Made by a program: the position numbers and the translations under genes
Shown: one piece after another, positions 57,306 through 64,000 of the stretch
Position numbering within the stretch: the stretch's first letter is position 1
Layout: each line of letters starts with the position of its first letter
NCBI GenBank assembly: GCA_900299195.1
Contig: OMIX01000081.1
Location: 1,407-65,406 of the forward strand
DNA length: 64,000 nucleotides
Source of the DNA: Deltaproteobacteria bacterium
GTDB lineage: Bacteria; Bdellovibrionota; FAC87; UBA2466
Reading direction: 5' to 3'
Notes under the pieces: model-generated
What the model was told of the DNA's origin: nothing
Database searches by the model: none
The model's input: the letters and a program-made list of their open reading frames with translations, nothing else

Positions 57306-57671
57306 ATGGAAGCATTTTTACCTGTCGGATTCCTTCTGATTTTTGCTGTTTTGTTGTGCATAGGTTTGTTTACGGTCAAAAGATTGCTCGGGCCCAGAAA
57401 TCCATTAGCATCAAAATTGAGTGTTTACGAATGTGGGGTGGCTACCCCTGAGGGTTCGGCTCGGGCCCCCTTTAAAACCAGTTTTTATTTGATCGCAGTT
57501 TTATTTCTCCTATTTGACGTTGAAGCGGCCTTCTTTTTTCCTTGGGCATTGGTTTACAAAGAATCTTTGGTCCAGGGACCCGGATTGCTTATTGCCATGT
57601 TGGTTTACATGGGGCTTTTAGTTCTTGGTCTGGTTTACATTTTTAGAAAGGACTGCCTCAAGCTGAATTGA
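57306..57671 (+). CDS. nuoA: NADH-quinone oxidoreductase subunit A (set 2)
   Basis: 121 aa with VYECGVA and FLLFDVEAAFFFP motifs. AAGGAGG lies 6 nt upstream of the ATG. Only 29 nt separate it from nuoN set 1. Confidence 0.9.
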   Translation: MEAFLPVGFLLIFAVLLCIGLFTVKRLLGPRNPLASKLSVYECGVATPEGSARAPFKTSFYLIAVLFLLFDVEAAFFFPWALVYKESLVQGPGLLIAMLVYMGLLVLGLVYIFRKDCLKLN

Positions 57672-57672
57672 T

Positions 57673-58737
57673 ATGGAATGGACAGATATCATTATAACTG
57701 CAATCAAGACGGCAGTGATTTACTTAGGAATGGTCCAAGTTGTTCCTATCATGCTCATTGTGGAAAGACGTGGCGCTGCCTTGATGCAAGATCGCCCTGG
57801 ACCTAATCGAGTGGGGCCTTTTGGATTATTTCAGCCAGTTGCCGATGTGATTAAAATGATGATGAAGGAAGTGACTATTCCTCGTCAGGTCAACAAGGCC
57901 CTCTATTTGTTGGGACCTTTTCTGGTCCTTTTTCCAGCCTCTTTAGTGGTAGCTGCTTTACCCTTTGGTGATTTTTTTACTGTGTTCGAGAAAAACTATC
58001 CACTTCAGGTTGCCAATATCGACGTCGGAGTTCTTTACATTCTTGCTATTGGGTCCTTGGGAATCTACGGCATTTTATTTGGTGGATGGGCTTCGAATAA
58101 CAAATTCTCGTTAATGGGGGCGATGCGGTCCTCTTCTCAAATTATCAGTTATGAAATCCCATTGGGACTTGCCGCTTGCAGCGCAGTTCTTTGGTACGGA
58201 CATTTTAATTTAAGAGAGATGGTTTACACACAAGAGGGGACTTTGATGGGAGTGCTTCCTAACTGGGGAATATTTTATCAGCCCTTGGGATTTTTACTGT
58301 TTTTCATTTCTGCTTTTGCTGAAACCAATCGACTCCCTTTTGATTTGCCCGAGACAGAAGCCGAACTCGTGGCAGGGTTTCACACTGAATATGGGCCGAT
58401 GGATTTTGGAACTTTCTTCATGGCGGAATACATGAACATGGCAACGATGTCGGGTTTGATGGTAGCTATGTATTTTGGAGGGTGGCATTTGCCGTGGATT
58501 TCAGATGCGACTTTGCTGCAATGGTTAGGTTCTAGAAATCTTCTTGCGGCGCTACAGGTTTTATCCGTAGTAGTAAAAATATCCTTTTTCATGTTGGTGT
58601 TTGTGTGGGTTCGGTGGACTTTACCCAGATTTCGATTCGATCAACTCATGCGACTGGCATGGCGGAATTTAATTCCGCTGGGTTTGATTAATCTCGTGAT
58701 CACCGCTGTCATAATGTATTTTCGAGGGGCTGCATGA
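57673..58737 (+). CDS. nuoH: NADH-quinone oxidoreductase subunit H (set 2)
   Basis: 354 aa with ERRGAALMQDRPGPNRVGP, SNNKFSLMGAMRSSSQ and PFDLPETEAELVAGFHTEYGP motifs. It starts 1 nt after the nuoA stop. Confidence 0.95.
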   Translation: MEWTDIIITAIKTAVIYLGMVQVVPIMLIVERRGAALMQDRPGPNRVGPFGLFQPVADVIKMMMKEVTIPRQVNKALYLLGPFLVLFPASLVVAALPFGDFFTVFEKNYPLQVANIDVGVLYILAIGSLGIYGILFGGWASNNKFSLMGAMRSSSQIISYEIPLGLAACSAVLWYGHFNLREMVYTQEGTLMGVLPNWGIFYQPLGFLLFFISAFAETNRLPFDLPETEAELVAGFHTEYGPMDFGTFFMAEYMNMATMSGLMVAMYFGGWHLPWISDATLLQWLGSRNLLAALQVLSVVVKISFFMLVFVWVRWTLPRFRFDQLMRLAWRNLIPLGLINLVITAVIMYFRGAA

Positions 58738-59243
58738 GAGAGATTTTATTTGTTGCTTTTAGTCTCTTTACTATTGGAGCAGCCAGTGGCGTTTTCTTAG
58801 CACGAAACCCGGTCTACAGCGCCTTCAGTCTGATTCTATCTTTTTTTGGTCTGTCGGGGCTTTATCTGCTTTGGGGATCGACCTTTATGGCGATGATTCA
58901 AATCTTAATTTATACCGGGGCCATTGTGGTTCTCTTCGTTTTTGTGGTGATGTTACTGAATCTTCAGGTCAATCGAGAGAATCCTTCGAATCTTCTTACC
59001 TTGGGAATCTCTGCGGGAGCGGTTTGGTTTTTTTCATTGATACTTCTTCGAGTTTTAACTCGCGCCATTCCCAATAAGATCCCTGAAATTCCAACGGATC
59101 AATTAAGAACCATTTCTAAATTGTTGTTTACTAGGTACCTCTGGCCATTCGAAGTCCTCTCTCTGTTTTTATTGGTCATGATAATTGCTATTTTTGCCAT
59201 CACGAGAACTCAGGAAATTCCTCACGGGGGAGAACAGCGATGA
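58734..59243 (+). CDS. nuoJ: NADH-quinone oxidoreductase subunit J (set 2)
   Basis: 169 aa with WGSTFMAMIQILIYTGAIVVLFVFVVMLL. It overlaps nuoH by 4 nt, so there is no nuoI. Confidence 0.9.
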   Translation: MREILFVAFSLFTIGAASGVFLARNPVYSAFSLILSFFGLSGLYLLWGSTFMAMIQILIYTGAIVVLFVFVVMLLNLQVNRENPSNLLTLGISAGAVWFFSLILLRVLTRAIPNKIPEIPTDQLRTISKLLFTRYLWPFEVLSLFLLVMIIAIFAITRTQEIPHGGEQR

Positions 59244-59554
59244 ATTTTCCGACTTCGCTTACTTATTGGTCTCATTTCGTTGCGGTCGCTATGTTTGCAC
59301 TGGGGCTTCTCGGATTTCTCCTGAGAAAAAATACTATCGTGGTTCTCATGTGCATCGAATTGATGTTAAACGCTGTCAATTTGCTACTGATTGAAACATC
59401 GATGCGAACCAATACTCCCGATGGAATTATTCTCGTTGTTTTTGTGGTCACTGTAGCAGCTGCAGAAGTCGCAGTGGGGTTGGGAATTGTATTGAATCTT
59501 TACAGGCTGAAGGGTTCAGTGAATTTAGATCATTTTAAGAGTTTGCAAGGATAG
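59240..59554 (+). CDS. nuoK: NADH-quinone oxidoreductase subunit K (set 2)
   Basis: 104 aa with CIELMLNAVNL and AAAEVAVGLGI conserved Glu positions. Confidence 0.9.
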   Translation: MNFPTSLTYWSHFVAVAMFALGLLGFLLRKNTIVVLMCIELMLNAVNLLLIETSMRTNTPDGIILVVFVVTVAAAEVAVGLGIVLNLYRLKGSVNLDHFKSLQG

Positions 59555-59556
59555 TT

Positions 59557-61461
59557 ATGCTCTCTGCGCCTCATATTTTACTTAGTATGATTTTGTTACC
59601 CCTCCTGGGTAGCTTTTTAAATGGCGTGGTTATCCGGCCAGCTTTTCCCAAAAGAGCCGGCGTGATCGCAACCTTTTTTGCAGTCTGTTCGTTTGCGTGC
59701 GCATTATTTTTGTTTTTCCATTTGAACCACGATATCACGGCCGTTCATTGGGCCACCGAATGGTTTAACTCAGGGGAGTTTAAGCAATTTTGGGGATTCA
59801 AATTTGATGCCCTTACAGCCGTGATGGCACTCGTGGTTACCGGAATCGGTTCCTTAATTCATCTTTACTCCATTGGGTATATGTCCGAGGAAAGAGGTCC
59901 GAGTCGGTACTTTGCTTATTTAAATTTGTTTCTTTTCAACATGCTTGTTCTCATCACTTCGGACAATCTCTTAGGACTGTTTGTCGGTTGGGAGGGCGTT
60001 GGTCTTTGTTCTTATCTGCTTATTGGATATTGGTATGAGGATTTAGATAAAGCAAAAGCCGGGATGAAAGCATTTTTAGTCAATCGGATTGGAGATGCCG
60101 GATTTTTAATTGGGATTTTTTACTGTTATCAAATTTTTCATACTCTTCGGTTTGATGAAATAGCCCAATTACTTGCTACTTCGAGCCAATTTGATCTTCA
60201 CTTTTTAAACATTGCTTCATTTTTCTTGTTTGTGGGCGCCACTGGAAAATCGGCTCAAATTCCACTCTATGTATGGTTGCCAGACGCGATGGCGGGTCCG
60301 ACTCCCGTGAGTGCACTTATTCATGCGGCGACGATGGTCACTGCAGGGGTGTATTTGATTTGTCGGATGAATTTCCTGTACATGCTGACAGCAGATACTA
60401 ATGCAATGATTGCTTGGGTGGGGGTTGCGACCGCTCTTTTTGCAGCACTGATTGCGACCGCTCAGAGAGATATAAAAAAAGTTTTGGCCTATTCTACTGT
60501 GAGTCAGTTGGGTCTAATGTTTTTAGCTGTAGGATCTCGAGCTTATTTTGCGGCTGTTTTTCATCTCATGACGCATGCTTTTTTTAAAGCCCTTCTCTTT
60601 CTGGGAGCGGGCAGCGTGATTCACGGTTTGCATGGAGAGCAGAATATTTGTCATATGGGGGGGCTTCGTAAGAAAATGCCCGGAACTTTCCTTACTTGTT
60701 TAATTGCAACTGCGGCAATTTGCGGAATCCCCCCACTGTCCGGTTTTTTTAGTAAAGACACTATTCTTTTTAGTACGTTAGCTTCTGGAAACACTCAGAG
60801 TTTGACATTGTGGTTATTGGGTTTAGTGGCTTCTACTTTGACTGCCTTTTATATGGCACGAATGTTTATTTTGGTCTTTTTGGGAGAATATCGAGGAGAG
60901 GCTCATCCTCACGAAAGTCCTTGGGTAATGATGTTTCCCTTAGTCCTGTTAGCGATAGGCAGTGCTTTGAGTGGATTATTGGGTGTTCCTCATGGGCTTC
61001 ATTGGATTCCAAATTACATGCAACATTATTTAGCTAAAGTTCTTGTCGAGTTCCCAGAACAACCCACAGTGGTTTCTGAACATGCGGCCATGATAGTTGC
61101 GACCGGTTTGGCGGTTGTCGGTATTGCCACCGCTGGGTTCTTTTACGGGAAGCTCACTCGAGCTGCCTCAGCTCAGAAGGTATTTCGCCCAATGCAGCTG
61201 ATCTTTATGAACAAATTTTGGATTGATGAACTTTACGCAATTATTTTTGTTGGGCCCTTCAAAATACTGTCCAGATTTTTTGCGCGGGTTGTAGATCCTA
61301 CTATCATCGATGGTTTAGCTTTATTTCCCGCTCGGATTTCCTCGGGATTGGGTATTTTGCTCAACATAATTCAATCGGGTCTTGTTCAGTTTTATTTAAT
61401 GATCTTGGTGTTGGGGGGTTTGTGGGTTTTGTGGCACTCCCTGAAAGGGTGGGTAATTTAA
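59557..61461 (+). CDS. nuoL: NADH-quinone oxidoreductase subunit L (set 2), intact
   Basis: 634 aa with GWEGVGLCSYLLIGYW, GKSAQIPLYVWLPDAMAGPTPVSALIHAATMVTAG, LAYSTVSQLG and a C-terminal lateral-helix region. Confidence 0.95.
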   Translation: MLSAPHILLSMILLPLLGSFLNGVVIRPAFPKRAGVIATFFAVCSFACALFLFFHLNHDITAVHWATEWFNSGEFKQFWGFKFDALTAVMALVVTGIGSLIHLYSIGYMSEERGPSRYFAYLNLFLFNMLVLITSDNLLGLFVGWEGVGLCSYLLIGYWYEDLDKAKAGMKAFLVNRIGDAGFLIGIFYCYQIFHTLRFDEIAQLLATSSQFDLHFLNIASFFLFVGATGKSAQIPLYVWLPDAMAGPTPVSALIHAATMVTAGVYLICRMNFLYMLTADTNAMIAWVGVATALFAALIATAQRDIKKVLAYSTVSQLGLMFLAVGSRAYFAAVFHLMTHAFFKALLFLGAGSVIHGLHGEQNICHMGGLRKKMPGTFLTCLIATAAICGIPPLSGFFSKDTILFSTLASGNTQSLTLWLLGLVASTLTAFYMARMFILVFLGEYRGEAHPHESPWVMMFPLVLLAIGSALSGLLGVPHGLHWIPNYMQHYLAKVLVEFPEQPTVVSEHAAMIVATGLAVVGIATAGFFYGKLTRAASAQKVFRPMQLIFMNKFWIDELYAIIFVGPFKILSRFFARVVDPTIIDGLALFPARISSGLGILLNIIQSGLVQFYLMILVLGGLWVLWHSLKGWVI

Positions 61462-61462
61462 C

Positions 61463-63004
61463 ATGACCGACTCCTTATTGGCTTATCTCGTGTTTGTTCC
61501 TCTAGTCGGGGTTCTTTTATGCATTCCTTTATCTCGTCAACTCGCCAGATGGGTTGCTCTCGTGACATCGTTGGTAGGAGTGGGTCTAGCTTTTATTCTT
61601 TACGAGAAGTTTGACGCTTCCGCTTCATCCCAATTGCAAATGGTTTGGTCACTTCCCTGGATTGAGAGTTACGGCATCAAGTTGAGTTTAGCTGTTGATG
61701 GATTAAGTTTTCCATTGGTACTTTTGATTAAAGTAATGATGCCCATAGCCCTATTAGCCAGTTGGGGCGAGGATAGAAAACTTAGAGCCTTTGTCAGTTC
61801 TTCCCTAGTGCTCGACTCGGCGATGACCGGAACATTTTTAGCGACCGATATTTTCCTGTTTTACGTTTTTTGGGAATTGATGTTAATTCCGATGATTCTT
61901 TTGATCGGCGTTTGGGGAAGTCAGAATCGAATTTATGCGGCGTTAAAATTTTTCATGTTTACGTTTGCAGGCAGTGTTTTAATGTTGGTGTCCATTCTTT
62001 GGATCTTTACGACTTATCACCAACAATTTGGAGTTTTTTCCGGTGAAATCGCCCAATTTTATCGACTCAATTTTTCGACGGTTCCGGTAGTTTGGGGGCT
62101 TTCAGTTCAGGACTTGATTTTTTGGGGAATGACGGTGGCATTTTTAATTAAGGTGCCTTTGTTTCCTCTTCACACCTGGTTGCCAGATGCCCATGTACAA
62201 GCTCCCACAGGAGGGAGTGTTCTTTTGGCTGCGGTACTTTTAAAGATGGGCACCTACGGCTTAATGAGATTTTCTATTCCTTTGGCTCCGGAAGCTTTTA
62301 TTAAAGCGATTCCCGTTCTTTCAACTCTGAGTCTTATTGGAATTGTCTATGGGGCTTGGGTGGCTTTTCAACAAACAGATATCAAGAAATTGGTCGCCTA
62401 TTCTTCGGTAAGTCATTTAGGGTTTGTGGTTCTTGGACTATGCACTTTAAGTCGAGAGGGTCTTACGGGGAGTGTTTTGCAAGTGATCAATCACGGAGTG
62501 TCGAGTGGTGCGCTTTTTCTTTTAGTTGGAATTCTTTACGAACGTCGGCACAGTCGGCAGTTTGAAGATTTTGGAGGCCTGGCCTCTGTGATGCCAAGAT
62601 ATGCCTTCTTTTTGGTGTTTGTGGCCTGTTCTAGTATGGCGGTGCCCGGACTGAATGGATTTGTGGGCGAATTTTTAATTCTTCTGGGGGCCTTTAAAGC
62701 CAATCCTCTTTGGGCTGGCATTGCAGTGACAGCGGCTTTGTTCGGGGCTCTGTACTTGCTCGTGATGTTAAAACAAGTTTTGTTTGGGCCAGTTACATCT
62801 GGGGAAAATAAAAACTTAAAAGATTTAAGCTTAAGAGATTGGGCGAGTTTAGTTCCTATTACAATTATGATTTTAGCTTTAGGTGTTCGGCCTAATTTTC
62901 TACTTAGAAAAATTGATCCCGCGTTAGATAGTTTTTGGAAAGTTTCATTAAAAAAGTCGTCTATCGATGCTGCTATCTTCGGGAAGCGAGATAAAAAAGT
63001 ATGA
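61463..63004 (+). CDS. nuoM: NADH-quinone oxidoreductase subunit M (set 2)
   Basis: 513 aa with FYVFWELMLIPMILLIGVWGS, LHTWLPDAHVQAPTGGSVLLAAVLLKMGTYG and LVAYSSVSHLG motifs. Confidence 0.95.
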   Translation: MTDSLLAYLVFVPLVGVLLCIPLSRQLARWVALVTSLVGVGLAFILYEKFDASASSQLQMVWSLPWIESYGIKLSLAVDGLSFPLVLLIKVMMPIALLASWGEDRKLRAFVSSSLVLDSAMTGTFLATDIFLFYVFWELMLIPMILLIGVWGSQNRIYAALKFFMFTFAGSVLMLVSILWIFTTYHQQFGVFSGEIAQFYRLNFSTVPVVWGLSVQDLIFWGMTVAFLIKVPLFPLHTWLPDAHVQAPTGGSVLLAAVLLKMGTYGLMRFSIPLAPEAFIKAIPVLSTLSLIGIVYGAWVAFQQTDIKKLVAYSSVSHLGFVVLGLCTLSREGLTGSVLQVINHGVSSGALFLLVGILYERRHSRQFEDFGGLASVMPRYAFFLVFVACSSMAVPGLNGFVGEFLILLGAFKANPLWAGIAVTAALFGALYLLVMLKQVLFGPVTSGENKNLKDLSLRDWASLVPITIMILALGVRPNFLLRKIDPALDSFWKVSLKKSSIDAAIFGKRDKKV

Positions 63005-64000
63005 ACCTTGTTGTCGATTACTTTTTGGTGCCTTTATTACCGGTGGTGGCGTTTATTTTCACAGGTCTTATCATTATTGGACTACAATGCTTCAACAAGC
63101 CATCGCTTAGGCCCTTGATCAAGTGGGTTGGGTTAATGGGTCCAGCAGCTGCCATTGCAGCGACTTGGTATTTGTTCAAATCTTCTCCTTTGGCCTACAC
63201 GAGTGCTCAACCTGGGAATTATGAAGCTTGGTTAAATGAGTTTATACAATCGTATCAGCTAGACTCTACGACTATGCTTTGGTATTGGGCGATTGGGGTG
63301 TTTTCTTTTCTTTCGTTCCTATTTATTGAGGTCTACTTCAAAGATTTTGCAGAGCTTCCTGAAATTTTAATTTTACTTCAGTTTGTGTCAGCTTCGATGA
63401 TGTTACTGATTTCAGCTAACAGCCTGTTGATGGTTTTTATGGCTCTTGAACTGATGTCTCTCCCCACTTACGTTCTTGTTGGCATTGAAAAAGAAAAGAC
63501 TCATGGAGCTGAAGCTTCGCTGAAATACTTTTTATTTGGATCTTTTGCCACCGTACTTTTACTTTTTTCAATTGCCCTAATTTATGCTTACACCGGGAGT
63601 TTGCATTTTTCACAGATCTCAAACTTCTTGCTAGCGCCCATTGGGGGTGGCAATGCAGCGGGACTCATGGTTTTAGCAGCTTCGGCTTTGTTCATTATTT
63701 CGGTGGGTTTTAAACTGGGTATGGCTCCATTTCATATGTGGCTTCCTGATGCTTATGAAGGAGCTTCAACTCCCATCACTGGATTCATGGGAAGTGCGAT
63801 CAAATTGGCTGGTTTTGGTATGGCCCTGCGTCTCTGGTGGGGCATGTTGTCTCCGATATCGACCCATTGGGTTTCCATTTTAGGTAGCTTAGCAGTTCTT
63901 ACTATGTTTGTCGGAAACCTGGGGGCATTAAAGCAGAGAAATCTAAAACGGCTTTTTGCCTATTCGAGCGTTTCTCACGCAGGTTACTTAGTGCTTGGGT
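63001..64000 (+). CDS. nuoN: NADH-quinone oxidoreductase subunit N (set 2), 3'-truncated by window end
   Basis: This gene is not in the ORF track because there is no stop before the window end. My own translation from the ATG at 63001 (ATGA overlap with the nuoM stop) gives MNLVVDYFLVPLLP...MALELMSLPTYVLVG...KYFLFGSFAT...FHMWLPDAYEGASTPITGFMGSAIKLAGF...KRLFAYSSVSHAGYLVLG, open through 64000. Confidence 0.9.
   Translation, partial: MNLVVDYFLVPLLPVVAFIFTGLIIIGLQCFNKPSLRPLIKWVGLMGPAAAIAATWYLFKSSPLAYTSAQPGNYEAWLNEFIQSYQLDSTTMLWYWAIGVFSFLSFLFIEVYFKDFAELPEILILLQFVSASMMLLISANSLLMVFMALELMSLPTYVLVGIEKEKTHGAEASLKYFLFGSFATVLLLFSIALIYAYTGSLHFSQISNFLLAPIGGGNAAGLMVLAASALFIISVGFKLGMAPFHMWLPDAYEGASTPITGFMGSAIKLAGFGMALRLWWGMLSPISTHWVSILGSLAVLTMFVGNLGALKQRNLKRLFAYSSVSHAGYLVLG

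Noticed and set aside
1-64000. Scan for CRISPR arrays, tRNA/rRNA genes, IS elements, integrases, toxin-antitoxin or known defence-system signatures.
   Set aside because: I saw no direct-repeat/spacer arrays, cloverleaf-like sequences in spacers, transposase or recombinase motifs, or nuclease/ATPase pairs typical of defence islands. The window is mainly core metabolism and housekeeping genes.

Overview
Dense (about 90% coding) chromosomal segment from a low-GC Gram-negative bacterium. Gene content (AgmX/PglI-type domain, DUF4388, LpoA-like lipoprotein, DksA, Nuo) suggests a Bdellovibrionota/Oligoflexia-like lineage; this is inference only. I support 55 protein-coding genes and found no rRNA, tRNA, CRISPR array, IS/transposase, integrase or phage genes, and no recognisable defence island. 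Blocks in order: (1) 45-7981, three consecutive GT-C fold membrane glycosyltransferases (ArnT/PMT-like, TMTC-like with TPR, DUF2723/TMEM260-like), plus a convergent GtrB/Dpm1-like GT2 and a PilZ-like gene. (2) 8129-23058, housekeeping genes: deoxynucleoside kinase, Leu dehydrogenase, kdd-like, PlsC, ComM, ComF, Lon, DksA, LpoA-like, DnaJ, GrpE, SpoU methyltransferase. (3) 23170-27273, di-haem cytochrome c peroxidase, a possible cupredoxin-like secreted protein and Sco. (4) A 350-nt convergent spacer holding a perfect inverted pair of DnaA boxes. (5) mutS, a BtuFCD/FecBCD-type ABC importer, mfd and gpsA. (6) 42492-48716, a near-complete uricolytic cluster whose PuuD-type membrane urate hydroxylase carries a C-terminal type-1-copper (amicyanin-like) domain. 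(7) 49795 to the window end, the most unusual feature: two tandem, divergent copies of only the seven membrane-arm genes of complex I (nuoA-H-J-K-L-M-N twice) with no nuoB/C/D/E/F/G/I. The first nuoL is broken by a 1-nt frameshift. All family assignments rest on motifs read by eye from the translations; no database search was run.
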